From the NCBI GenBank assembly GCA_964486045.1, contig CAZALK010000006.1, forward strand, positions 64,001 to 128,000: DNA of 64,000 nt. Direction: 5' to 3'. Of this stretch, positions 49,579 through 59,444 are shown piece after piece. Position 1 is the stretch's first letter, and each line of letters opens with the position of its first letter. The notes beneath the pieces were generated by a model, which saw only the letters and a list, made by a program, of their open reading frames with translations, did not search any database and was not told the DNA's origin. This DNA is from an uncultured archaeon (GTDB lineage Archaea; Asgardarchaeota; Lokiarchaeia; Sigyniarchaeales; SOKP01). Both the position numbers and the translations under genes were made by a program.

Positions 49579-51027
49579 TTATTGAATTTTGTTAATAGAA
49601 AGATTAAATTTGGTTTTTATTACTACTGGTAATGTAAAATTAAAAGTAGATCCTTTATTTCTTCCCTTAGATTCAACCCAAATTACGCCACTATGCAATT
49701 CAAGAATTTTTTTTGAAATATATAATCCTAAACCAGAACCTTCGGAGATTACATCTAATCCCTGTCCATAACGTTCAATCTTCCCAAATTGTTTAAATAT
49801 CTTTTCCATTTCTCCTTTAGTTATGCCAATTCCAGTATCCACAATTGAAATTTTAATAAAATCATCTTGAAATTCAGAATTAATTTCAATAACTCCCTCT
49901 GGGGGGGTATATTTTATGGCATTATTTAATAAATTATTTATAACCTGATGAATAAGTTCTTTTTCAATACTTACCTTTAAGTTATTGTGAATTTTTAAAT
50001 TAATTGTAATGTTCCTCAGTTTTGCTAACCCTTGGGACTCTCTTACACTCAATTTTATAAGAAAGGATAGATCTTCCTCTGTTTTTTTCAGTTGAATTGC
50101 GCCAGATTCTAATTCGGATGTTTTTAGAATATCGTGTATAAGACTTTCAAGTCGTTCGCATCCAAGTTTGATTTCATTAATTGTTTCTAAAACGTAATCG
50201 TCTAATTTTTCCTTATGTGCATATAATAAGAGATCGGAAAAACCTTTTATCGATACTAATGGAGTTTTTAATTCATGGGAAATTCTTCTGAGAATTTCTG
50301 ATTTTAAATTGTTAAGTTTTATTAATTCTTGTTCAGCTTCTTTTTTTTCCGTAATATCCATAATGGTTACTAATTCTGAGGGTTTTTCTTTAAAAATTAT
50401 AGATCTCGAGAATTGGTCAATCCACTTTAATTTTTTTGATTTTGTGAATATTCTATAGGTATAATATGGTTGGATGTTAGGATCATCGATTCTTAATTTT
50501 TGGTAATAATCTTGTAATATTGGTAAATCATCAGGATGAATTATTTGAAGTAATTCTTTTTTTGACCACCTAATAACATCTTCATATGAGTATTCAAATA
50601 TTTGTAGTAATGTATTATTTGCATACTTAACATTTTCATCTTGAATAACAAAAATCCCCATAAATGATTGTTCCGCTATTGTTCTAAAATTTTCTACTGA
50701 TTCTCTAATTTCTTTTTCAGTGAGTTTCATCATTTTTATATTTCTTGAGAGCTTTTCTTGCTTTTTTTTATAATTTTTTATTTTTCGTTCTAATTTAATT
50801 TTTTCCATGATACTAAAATAAGAAGTATTTGACATTTCTAATAAATAAATCAAGGGAATTATTATAAAAAAGGCCATGCTAAAAGCTCGAAAAATATTGT
50901 ATAACTCGATTTCATAATTAAATCCCTCAAAAAAGGCATAAAAAGTCAGCATTATAATCGACAATGCTGTGACCCGAGAAATTCTTGGATCGATAGAAAT
51001 TAACTCTTTTTTTGCATGCCATTTCAA
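49579..51027 (-). CDS. PAS-domain sensor histidine kinase; probable 3' part of a frameshifted membrane kinase
   Basis: PAS (IHPDD..DITEKK), H-box SHELKTPL, N-box NLLNNAIKY, DTGIG, GSGLGL. Confidence 0.9.
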   Translation of the reverse strand: MKWHAKKELISIDPRISRVTALSIIMLTFYAFFEGFNYEIELYNIFRAFSMAFFIIIPLIYLLEMSNTSYFSIMEKIKLERKIKNYKKKQEKLSRNIKMMKLTEKEIRESVENFRTIAEQSFMGIFVIQDENVKYANNTLLQIFEYSYEDVIRWSKKELLQIIHPDDLPILQDYYQKLRIDDPNIQPYYTYRIFTKSKKLKWIDQFSRSIIFKEKPSELVTIMDITEKKEAEQELIKLNNLKSEILRRISHELKTPLVSIKGFSDLLLYAHKEKLDDYVLETINEIKLGCERLESLIHDILKTSELESGAIQLKKTEEDLSFLIKLSVRESQGLAKLRNITINLKIHNNLKVSIEKELIHQVINNLLNNAIKYTPPEGVIEINSEFQDDFIKISIVDTGIGITKGEMEKIFKQFGKIERYGQGLDVISEGSGLGLYISKKILELHSGVIWVESKGRNKGSTFNFTLPVVIKTKFNLSINKIQ

Positions 51028-51509
51028 ATAAATAAAGTAAGGAAAGTAGCAATGATTGCTATGAATGATAGAAAAAATCCTTGAAAAAATCTAAAAGAGG
51101 TTGATTGAAACAAACCAAAATTTAGAACCATGTTACTTAAAGACTCAATTGCCTCATCAGGAACAACAAAAATGAAATAACTTACTGTTGTCACTCCGAT
51201 TATAGAGGTTAATTTCCCAAATGGTTTAGCAATGGCTCCATTAAATTCAATTACAGCTGCTAGTAATGAAAAAGCACCTAGAACAGCAGTAAATGTTTCA
51301 ATACGTTCTAATAGAATAGATTCTTGAATTTGATGGAAAAATTCCATAAATTCATGTAACCCATGAAATATAGGAAAAAGCCCAAATAAAATTGTATTAG
51401 GTACTTCTCTTTTATTACCTAGATAAATTACGGTAATCCCACAAATAACCATAACTGTACCAATTATAATTAGGAGAAAACTCATGAGTTTAGTATATAA
51501 ATCAACCAC
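51024..51509 (-). CDS. Multi-TM membrane sensor fragment; probable 5' part of the kinase
   Basis: About 5 TM segments, HGLHEF motif; stop overlaps the TTG start of the kinase ORF. Confidence 0.7.
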   Translation of the reverse strand: MVDLYTKLMSFLLIIIGTVMVICGITVIYLGNKREVPNTILFGLFPIFHGLHEFMEFFHQIQESILLERIETFTAVLGAFSLLAAVIEFNGAIAKPFGKLTSIIGVTTVSYFIFVVPDEAIESLSNMVLNFGLFQSTSFRFFQGFFLSFIAIIATFLTLFI

Positions 51510-51810
51510 ATTTTTGCATAAGTGGTCTTTTGATTTTTTGACTTTTTTATGAAAAAATTATATCATTTTTCATATTTAAAACTTGCCCTCTCCCAATTAA
51601 ATTCTACCTTACAAGTAAAAAATAGGATGGAAGCCTACGTTTATACTATAAAGTCGAATGTCGGTTAGAAAGTCGTGAGTTAATTTAATAATCTCAACTA
51701 TTTTATCTAAGTTTGACGAAAGAACTACTTAATGACCAATAATTATAATTTGTTAAGATTATATTTTACTAATTTTAAACTATACAAAATTAAGCGAGCT
51801 TCATTATATT

Positions 51811-51933
51811 ATGAAGAGCAAATTGATGTCTTTAGGAGATGCAATTTCTGCTTTTGTTCAAGATGGAGATTTAGTAGGATTGATGACTTTAGCTAAGACA
51901 AGTCTTTTATACCCAAAAAAAGAAGAATCCTAG
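51811..51933 (+). pseudogene. Remnant of a CoA-transferase alpha-subunit paralogue
   Basis: Own translation MKSKLMSLGDAISAFVQDGDLVGLMTLAKT... matches the N-terminus of 54408-55268 (MVKSKLMNLKEAISTYVQDGDLIG). Confidence 0.8.
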
Positions 51934-51975
51934 AAATTCTAAGGAACAACAAGTAAATCCTTAACTGTTCGAATA

Positions 51976-53472
51976 TTAATTAAAAAGCTTAAGGAAATCT
52001 GGATTGTCTTTTAAAGGTTTAAAAGATTTTGATTCCTTAATTGTCTTAAACCCGGGATGCGATTTCTTTTTAGCTTCCTTCAAATAATGAATCGCTTCAT
52101 TTATTTTTTCTTTCTTAAGGAAATACCAAGCGATATTTTCGTATATAGCGGGATGCATCTTGTCTAGCTTATTCAATATCTCATCTACAATTTCTTCTAA
52201 AGTTTCATTTATAATATCAGCCACCATGAAAGTATCAGTCATATTAACCCATAGGGAAGGAATCATCGCATTTTTTTCTACTTGCTTTGCAACTATCCTT
52301 GGAATCCCTATATTTATTAAGGTTTTTTTTAATCTTTTTGAACTAGTAATTGGGGATTTATGGTTGGTCCAATAATTTTTTGTTATTGTTAGGGCTTTCT
52401 CACTCGCTTCTTTTGTTTCTTTTCGATTCAAGGCATAAATCACATTCGAAATCGAATACGGATCATCCAAAACTTCTGGGTTCTTAATTGATTGTTCGAG
52501 ATATTTATCTATAATATCTTGACGTCCTGTATAAAATGCAGCTAAGAAAATTCCTGTAATATATAAAGGTTTTATACCGTTATATTCAATTCCTTTCTCA
52601 TAGATAGTTATAGCTTTATCCCATGTATTTTTTGTTCCATATAGATTTGGTAAAAGCTCAAACACCTTATCAGGGCAATTAGGATAGTCCGCTGCTAATT
52701 CAAATATTTTAATTGCTAATTCTATGTTTGAATCTTTTGATTTCTGAACTTGAACTTGAGTGTCAAAGTTTATCGGTTTTAATTTTACATTCGCTATGCT
52801 TTCTCCAATTAAGCTTAAGAGTTTAGCACTCCTTTCTGATGGAATACCATCTACCACTTCTTTAATGTATTGAAAAGGTTTTTTTGTTGTAAAGGAGTTA
52901 ATTATCATTATTGTATATTGCGGTGCAACCTCCAAGAGCATCTCGGGATTCTCTTTATAAGCCTCAAATAATGTTTTCAGTTCTTCTTCATTCAGATAAC
53001 TTAGATATCCTTTGACTGCCAAATATTTCATGACTGTGCTATGACCGCTTGAGAACCTTTCAGCGATCTCATCCTTAAAAACTTTTTTAGCAATTAAATC
53101 TCCCGCTTTCGTCAATTTCTTTAGTAGGGGAAAAGAGAGATTCGAATGAAGAAGCCTTGTGTCATAATTATTCTCAGACCATACTTGCAGGTTGCTACAA
53201 TGCCCCCAAAATTCAGTAGTTGGAGGAACATCAACTGTTTTATTCCCGCGCTCCATCGATTTATCTAATCTTTCAGCGGCTTCATCTATTGATTCGAAGT
53301 TATCAAAGGTTTCAATCTCATCAATTGGGATTTTTAATAATAAATATTTACAATGGTTGAATTTTTGACCGTTTACATAAATAACAGTACTATTTCCTTC
53401 CAATTTTAAGGTAATAAATTCATTGACTTTAAACTCTTGCAAAGGCAATTGTTTTTCAATATATGGGTTCAT
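51976..53472 (-). CDS. Loki-type N-terminal domain protein with C-terminal TPR-like repeats
   Basis: EFKVNEFITLKLE..EFWGHCSNLQVW..DTRLLHSNLSFPLLKKL, then helical repeats ending YENIAWYF..AIHYLKEA; start placed at ATG 53472 after AGGAG. Confidence 0.75.
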   Translation of the reverse strand: MNPYIEKQLPLQEFKVNEFITLKLEGNSTVIYVNGQKFNHCKYLLLKIPIDEIETFDNFESIDEAAERLDKSMERGNKTVDVPPTTEFWGHCSNLQVWSENNYDTRLLHSNLSFPLLKKLTKAGDLIAKKVFKDEIAERFSSGHSTVMKYLAVKGYLSYLNEEELKTLFEAYKENPEMLLEVAPQYTIMIINSFTTKKPFQYIKEVVDGIPSERSAKLLSLIGESIANVKLKPINFDTQVQVQKSKDSNIELAIKIFELAADYPNCPDKVFELLPNLYGTKNTWDKAITIYEKGIEYNGIKPLYITGIFLAAFYTGRQDIIDKYLEQSIKNPEVLDDPYSISNVIYALNRKETKEASEKALTITKNYWTNHKSPITSSKRLKKTLINIGIPRIVAKQVEKNAMIPSLWVNMTDTFMVADIINETLEEIVDEILNKLDKMHPAIYENIAWYFLKKEKINEAIHYLKEAKKKSHPGFKTIKESKSFKPLKDNPDFLKLFN

Positions 53473-54196
53473 TTTTTTGACATTTCTCCTTTTTATCAAT
53501 TTTTTTTATAATTTCATTTAACACTCTACTAGCACTCTCATTGAATCTTAAATTTGCTAATCGATCTAAGGCTGTTTCCCCTCGATTCACGAAAATTAGC
53601 TTAGCATCGTTCTTTTTAGCAGTTTTTGGTAAAGCTCCAGCTGGTTGTGTTATTAAAGAAGAGCCTACCATCAAGAAGACATCGGCTAGTTTTGTATGCT
53701 TAAACGACCTATCTAATTCCTCTTTGGGAAGATCATCCCCAAATTTAATGATAAACGACTTAATGGCACCTCCACAAAAACATTGATTTGGGCGATCCCA
53801 TGTTTTAGTATATTTTTTACCACATTGCTGGCATCTGGCTAAAGTTACATTTCCATGAAGTTCTGCTATTTTTTCATCGTGAATTCCAGAAGTCAAGTGG
53901 AGATTATCGATATTTTGAGAAATAAGAAATTTCAATAGGTTTAGTTCTTGAAGTTTAACTAATGCCATATGAGCAACATTGGGTTTTATATTTTTCCAAT
54001 TGACTGATAATGCATTATAGAGAGTGTCTTTATTAGTTTTTGAGCTCCATATTCCTCTGTAATCAGGAAGCCCAGATTCAGTGCTAATCCCCGCCCCTGT
54101 AAAAGCAACGAGATATTTCGAATTTTTAATCCACTTCGCTGCAAGATCGATGCGTTTTCTATATGAAGTTACTTCTTCACCATCTTTTAGGACCAT
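53456..54196 (-). CDS. Sirtuin NAD-dependent deacylase
   Basis: GAGISTESGLPDYRG, QNIDNLH, HGN, CQQC..CFC, GSSL. Confidence 0.93.
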   Translation of the reverse strand: MVLKDGEEVTSYRKRIDLAAKWIKNSKYLVAFTGAGISTESGLPDYRGIWSSKTNKDTLYNALSVNWKNIKPNVAHMALVKLQELNLLKFLISQNIDNLHLTSGIHDEKIAELHGNVTLARCQQCGKKYTKTWDRPNQCFCGGAIKSFIIKFGDDLPKEELDRSFKHTKLADVFLMVGSSLITQPAGALPKTAKKNDAKLIFVNRGETALDRLANLRFNESASRVLNEIIKKIDKKEKCQKNEPIY

Positions 54197-54407
54197 CGTT
54201 AATCATTAAGTTTATTTTTCATAAAACCTTCAGAACTAAATAATCCTTGGTTGTAATTTAAGTAAGAAAGTTATACATTTAAATTAAAACCCTTATGAGA
54301 AATCATATGAAAAATATTATAATATTACTTTTAATTCGAAAAACATTTATAATTCCTAAATGAAACTCTAAAAGATCCTAAAGTAGCTTAAAAATTGGGG
54401 AGACTTA

Positions 54408-55268
54408 ATGGTTAAGAGTAAATTAATGAATTTAAAGGAAGCAATTTCAACTTACGTCCAAGATGGAGATCTTATAGGAATTGGGGGGCTTTCTTTTTGG
54501 AGAAAGCCTATTAATGCTTGTAGAGAGATTATAAGACAAAACAAAAAGGATTTAACGATATGTACTTTTGTCGGAGGAATCGATGTCGATATGCTTATAG
54601 CTGGAGAATGTGTTTCAGAAGTAAGGAGTTGCTTTGTCGGACTAGAGATTTTTGGTATGGCTCCAAATTATCGAAGAGCAGTTGAGTCGAGGAAAATTAA
54701 GATTACTGAAGAAAGTGAAGCTACAATTGCTTTAGGATTAAGAGCTTCTTACTTGAAAGTTCCATTCATGCCATTAAAAGGTATTATTGGCACAGATTTA
54801 GAAAAGGTTAGAAACGATATTAAGCAAATTGAAGATCCTCTTGGCTCAGGAACTCAGATTATGGCTGTCCCGAAGATTGATCTGGATGTGGCTATCTTGC
54901 ATGTGCCATATGCAGATGAATTTGGGAATGGAAATATTGCTGGTGCTGTGTGGTTGGATGATGACATGGCTAAAACGGCAAAAAACACTATTATAACATG
55001 TGAAAAATTAGTGGAAATAGAAGACATTAGAAATTTACCCGGTAAAGCGCAATTACCAATGCAAACCACGAATGCGGTTGTTAAAATACCCTTTGGTGCT
55101 CATCCTACTAGTTGTTATCCAACATATACTTATGACTCACATCACATTCAAAAATATCTTAAGGCTAATTTTAATGATTATAAAGAGAAATTTATAGAGC
55201 TCAAAACTCACGCTCAGTATTTAGAAAATACTGGAGGAGCTCAAACTATTTTAGATATACTATTATAA
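54408..55268 (+). CDS. Family I CoA-transferase alpha subunit (GctA-like)
   Basis: AIS..VQDGD.IGIGG, VPFMP..GTD, AD.FGN, PFGAHPTSC. Confidence 0.88.
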   Translation: MVKSKLMNLKEAISTYVQDGDLIGIGGLSFWRKPINACREIIRQNKKDLTICTFVGGIDVDMLIAGECVSEVRSCFVGLEIFGMAPNYRRAVESRKIKITEESEATIALGLRASYLKVPFMPLKGIIGTDLEKVRNDIKQIEDPLGSGTQIMAVPKIDLDVAILHVPYADEFGNGNIAGAVWLDDDMAKTAKNTIITCEKLVEIEDIRNLPGKAQLPMQTTNAVVKIPFGAHPTSCYPTYTYDSHHIQKYLKANFNDYKEKFIELKTHAQYLENTGGAQTILDILL

Positions 55269-55288
55269 TCCAATTTAAAGGTAGAACT

Positions 55289-56098
55289 ATGTCTGAGGAA
55301 TTAAAAACAAATAAAACTTTAAATCTGATAGAAAATCGAAGAACCATTCGGGCATATAATAAAAAAGATTTAACCGAGGTTGAAATAAATACTATCTTAC
55401 GAGGTGCAATGAGAGCACCTACAGCTGGAAACATGATGCTTTATACAATTCTCCAAATCACTGACCAAAATCTTAAAAATAAACTTGTAAAAACATGTGA
55501 TAATCAGCCACACATTGCTAAAGCTCCTTTAGTTTTGATTTTTTTAGCAGATATGCAACGTTGGTGGGATTATTTTTCTAATTGTAAAGTTCCTGAATTA
55601 TGTGCAGAACTTAGAATGCAATTTCAAACTCCACAAGAATCTGATTTATTACTTGCTTGTTGTGACGCTTTAATAGCAGCACAAAATGCTGTTATTTCAG
55701 CTGAAGCTTTAGGCATTGGTTCTTGTTATATTGGGGATATTATGGAAAATTATGAGATTCATCGAGAAATGTTCAATCTTCCTAAATGGGTGTTTCCTAT
55801 AGCGATGGTTTGCTTTGGATATCCAAAAGGTAGTAAGGATAAAATTCCTCTAACATCTCGCTATCCTAAGAAATTTATCCATTTTCAGAATAAATATAAG
55901 AGATTAAATGAGCAAGAATTATCAGATATGTTTCAACATGATAATAAAAAAGTAGTTGAAAAAAGAGCTAAGAATTTGGGTCAAGATGTTTATCTTCGCA
56001 AGACTGGTGCTGATTTTTCAATTGAAATGAGACGGTCAGTAAAAGCAGCCCTTAATGTATGGTTATCTGAAAATAATAAATCGGGAAAGAGGGATTAA
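55289..56098 (+). CDS. Nitroreductase / flavin reductase (NfsA/Frp-like)
   Basis: RRTIRAY, APTAGN, DALIAAQN..AEALGIGSCYIG, FGYP. Confidence 0.9.
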   Translation: MSEELKTNKTLNLIENRRTIRAYNKKDLTEVEINTILRGAMRAPTAGNMMLYTILQITDQNLKNKLVKTCDNQPHIAKAPLVLIFLADMQRWWDYFSNCKVPELCAELRMQFQTPQESDLLLACCDALIAAQNAVISAEALGIGSCYIGDIMENYEIHREMFNLPKWVFPIAMVCFGYPKGSKDKIPLTSRYPKKFIHFQNKYKRLNEQELSDMFQHDNKKVVEKRAKNLGQDVYLRKTGADFSIEMRRSVKAALNVWLSENNKSGKRD

Positions 56099-56100
56099 TT

Positions 56101-56988
56101 ATGACCGAAAATTCAAAGGATTATACTATAGATGAATTAATGACTGTTTTAATGGCACGTGAAGTCAATAATGATGATGTCATGATCGTTGGAGTTGCAA
56201 CTCCTATGGTTTGGGCAGCTTTTACTTTAGCAAAGGTAACACATGCTCCTGATGCGGTCTATCATTATATTATGGGAAATACATTCGTATTTGAGCCTCG
56301 GCAAGTTAGTTTGTTATATCTTGAAATGAATACCGCTAGAGCATATAGACTCCAGAATAGTGCTGAATGTACGTTGGAATCGCTACCATCTGATAAATTA
56401 ACCACGATAGAATTTTTTAGACCTGCTCAAATCGACCAGTTCGGCAATACAAACAATATTTGTATTGGAGAATGGGATAAGCCAAAAATAAGACTCCCTG
56501 GAGCCGCGGGCATTTTTGATTTTAGCATGTTTTATAAACGGGGATCTTTCCTTTATACTCCTAGACATGATACAAGAACTTTCGTTCCTACTGAAAAATT
56601 GGACTTTGTCTCTGGAGTAGGGTTCCCAAATGGAAAACCTTCGATATGTGGTGGTTCGGGACCTCAGTGTGTTATCACTAATCTCGCATATTTAACTTTT
56701 GATGACGATAATAATAATAAAAAAAGGATGAAATTAGGATCGATGCATCCTGGCGTTAGCCTTGAAACTCTTAAAAATTCAACTGGATTTGAGCTATTGA
56801 TTCCAGATTCTGTGAAGAAAACTAAACCGCCAACTGTTACTGAAATCTCCCTATTGAGGAATAAAGTGGATCCTTTAAATATTAGAAAATTAGAAGTTTC
56901 ATCTGGTAAAGAACGTGAAGAACTCTTAAACAAGGTTATTGATATTGAAATTGGAATGGAAAATAAATACCCTAAATTATTAATTTAA
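56101..56988 (+). CDS. Family I CoA-transferase beta subunit (GctB-like)
   Basis: AQIDQFGNTN, RLPGAAG, GPQCVITNL, HPGV..TGFEL. Confidence 0.88.
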   Translation: MTENSKDYTIDELMTVLMAREVNNDDVMIVGVATPMVWAAFTLAKVTHAPDAVYHYIMGNTFVFEPRQVSLLYLEMNTARAYRLQNSAECTLESLPSDKLTTIEFFRPAQIDQFGNTNNICIGEWDKPKIRLPGAAGIFDFSMFYKRGSFLYTPRHDTRTFVPTEKLDFVSGVGFPNGKPSICGGSGPQCVITNLAYLTFDDDNNNKKRMKLGSMHPGVSLETLKNSTGFELLIPDSVKKTKPPTVTEISLLRNKVDPLNIRKLEVSSGKEREELLNKVIDIEIGMENKYPKLLI

Positions 56989-57282
56989 TCGATATTAGAA
57001 AAAATCTCCTCGACAGCCGTTTTTAAACCTTTTTTTGTATCAGAAATAAAAACTTTAGTCACTTTCTTTCCATCTCAAACTTAGACTTAATTAATTTCAA
57101 ACTACTTTAATCTTAAAAGGATTATAAACTTTTCATTCAAGATAGAGAGTTAAAGACCTCAGACAAATTGCTCTTAGAGCCCCAAGATATATTTAAAATA
57201 TATAAAATATAATTATAAATCAAATATAAAAAATAAAGTGATAAATATTTCAAAAAATGAAAAAAAACACACCGGAACTCTT

Positions 57283-58224
57283 ATGAAAGCAATGGTATAT
57301 ACAGAATACGGAAGCCCAGAGGTTTTTCATCTCAAGGAAGTAGAAAAACCTACTCCTAAGGACAATGAGATACTCGTTAAAATATACGCATCTACAGTCT
57401 CATTCGGGGTAAGGATAGCTCGAAGTGGTAAGCACCCAGATTCCAAACTATTTACTTTTGCGTCGCGATTCATGTTTGGTCTCAGAAAACCAAAAAAGAA
57501 ATTCCATATATTAGGGTGGGAGTTAGCAGGGGAAATTGAATCAGTAGGCAAAGATGTAAAGTTATTTAAGATAGGTGACCAAGTTTTTGGAACTACCACA
57601 GGATTGAGTACTGGTGCTTATGCGGAATATGTATGTCTGCCTGAAGAATGGCAGAAGGGAGTGGTTGCAGTAAAACCAGTCAATATGACTCATGAGGAAG
57701 CCGCTGCCGTTCCAATTGGGGGAATGGCATCACTATATTTACTTAAAAAAGCAAATATCCAGAAGGGTCAAAAAATTCTTATCTATGGGGCTTCAGGCAC
57801 TTTAGGTACTTTTGCGGTGCAACTGGCTAAATACTTTGGGGCAGAAGTTACCGGAGTATGTAGTACCACAAATTTAGAAATGGTGAAATCTCTGGGAGCC
57901 GATAATCTAGTTGATTACACTAAAGAGGATTTTACTAAAAGTGGTCCGATTTATGATGTAGTTTTTGAGGCAGTAGGCAAGATTTCTTCCTCACGTTGTA
58001 AAAAAACATTGAAGAAAAATGGAACTTATCTTTCTTCTAAATCAATAACAAAGGAAATAACTGAAAACTTAATTTTTCTCAAAGAACTTATTGAAGCGGG
58101 AAAACTTAAATCGGTTATAGACAGGAGCTATCCATTGGAACAGATGGTCGAAGCTCACACTTACGTTGATAAAGGGCATAAAAAGGGAAATGTATCTATT
58201 ACAATTAATGCGGAAGGAACTTAA
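57283..58224 (+). CDS. Zn-free MDR NAD(P)H oxidoreductase, paralogue 1
   Basis: [30 protein letters not shown]. Confidence 0.9.
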   Translation: MKAMVYTEYGSPEVFHLKEVEKPTPKDNEILVKIYASTVSFGVRIARSGKHPDSKLFTFASRFMFGLRKPKKKFHILGWELAGEIESVGKDVKLFKIGDQVFGTTTGLSTGAYAEYVCLPEEWQKGVVAVKPVNMTHEEAAAVPIGGMASLYLLKKANIQKGQKILIYGASGTLGTFAVQLAKYFGAEVTGVCSTTNLEMVKSLGADNLVDYTKEDFTKSGPIYDVVFEAVGKISSSRCKKTLKKNGTYLSSKSITKEITENLIFLKELIEAGKLKSVIDRSYPLEQMVEAHTYVDKGHKKGNVSITINAEGT

Positions 58225-58335
58225 ATTTTTTAATTAGAAAATAAGTATTATCAGTAATTTTTAATTATATTAGCGATCTTTAAAAATGAATTATATTGAA
58301 AATAACCGAATCAAAGTAATCTTGGAGAGCTGCTT

Positions 58336-59313
58336 ATGAAAGGGATTGTGTGGACAAAATACGGGGGTCCTGAGGTTCTTCAGTTCAGGGAGTTGGATAA
58401 ACCTACTCCCCAAGATAATGAAGTATTGATAAAGATACATGCAACAACAGTAATAGCAGGGGACTGTGAGATGCGAAGTTCTAAATTTTCCTCACGTTTT
58501 ATGTGGTTTGTCATGCGAATGTGGCTTGGTCTCAGAAAACCCAAAAGAAATTTACTTGGACAAGAGTTTGCCGGGGAAATTGAAGCAGTAGGTAAAGATA
58601 TAACACTTTTTAGTAAAGGTAACCAAATTTTTGCTAATATTGGTATAGAATTGGGTTGCTATGCAGAATACATTTGTTTACCTGAAGATGGATTGCTGAC
58701 AATAAAACCAGACAATATGACCTATGAAGAAGCAGCTAGCGTTCCTTTTGGGGCTCTTGAAGCATTGGCTTATCTCAGAAAAGCAAATATCCAGAACGGT
58801 CATAAAGTTCTTCTATGTGGTGCTTCGGGAACAGTGGGTACATTTGCCATACAGCTTGCTAAGTATTATGGAGCAGAAATTACTGCAATTGGTAATCCCA
58901 CGAGTTTAGAAGTGATGAAATCTCTGGGTGCAGATAAAATAATTGATTATACTAAAGAGGATTTTACCGCTAAAAGCAGAGAAACCTTCGATGTTATTTT
59001 TGATATAGTAGGCAAAAGTTCTTATTCAAATATTAAAAGATTGCTAAAGAAAGGTGGTGTTTATCTTTTATCCAACCTTAGGATTTCACATCTTCTTCGA
59101 CGTAAACGGTCTTCAATGAAACGAATATTTGGGGCTCAAAACGAAGGGATTGAAGACTTAATTTTTCTAAAAAACCTTATTGAAGCGGGAAAGTTAAAAT
59201 CGGTAATAGATAAAAGATATCCATTCGAACAAATTGTTGAGGCTCACAGTTATGTTGATACAGGGCAAAAGACGGGAAATGTAGTAATAACTTTGGAGCA
59301 TAATAACAAATAA
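58336..59313 (+). CDS. Zn-free MDR NAD(P)H oxidoreductase, paralogue 2
   Basis: Same motifs as paralogue 1; GASGTVG. Confidence 0.9.
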   Translation: MKGIVWTKYGGPEVLQFRELDKPTPQDNEVLIKIHATTVIAGDCEMRSSKFSSRFMWFVMRMWLGLRKPKRNLLGQEFAGEIEAVGKDITLFSKGNQIFANIGIELGCYAEYICLPEDGLLTIKPDNMTYEEAASVPFGALEALAYLRKANIQNGHKVLLCGASGTVGTFAIQLAKYYGAEITAIGNPTSLEVMKSLGADKIIDYTKEDFTAKSRETFDVIFDIVGKSSYSNIKRLLKKGGVYLLSNLRISHLLRRKRSSMKRIFGAQNEGIEDLIFLKNLIEAGKLKSVIDKRYPFEQIVEAHSYVDTGQKTGNVVITLEHNNK

Positions 59314-59334
59314 TAATAATAATAATAATAATAA
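59311..59334 (+). repeat. (TAA)8 microsatellite beginning at the stop codon
   Basis: TAATAATAATAATAATAATAATAA. Confidence 0.9.
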
Positions 59335-59349
59335 ATTTTCAAACTATAA

Positions 59350-59444
59350 AGGAAAATGACTGAATCAAAATATCTTGAGGGAAAACTCATGAAAGCAATT
59401 GTATATACAAAATACGGACCACCGGATGTCCTTCAGCTTAAAGA
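59350..59444 (+). repeat. 95-bp exact inverted repeat, copy 1 (copy 2 at 63906-64000)
   Basis: Base-by-base identity with the reverse complement of the window end. Confidence 0.9.
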
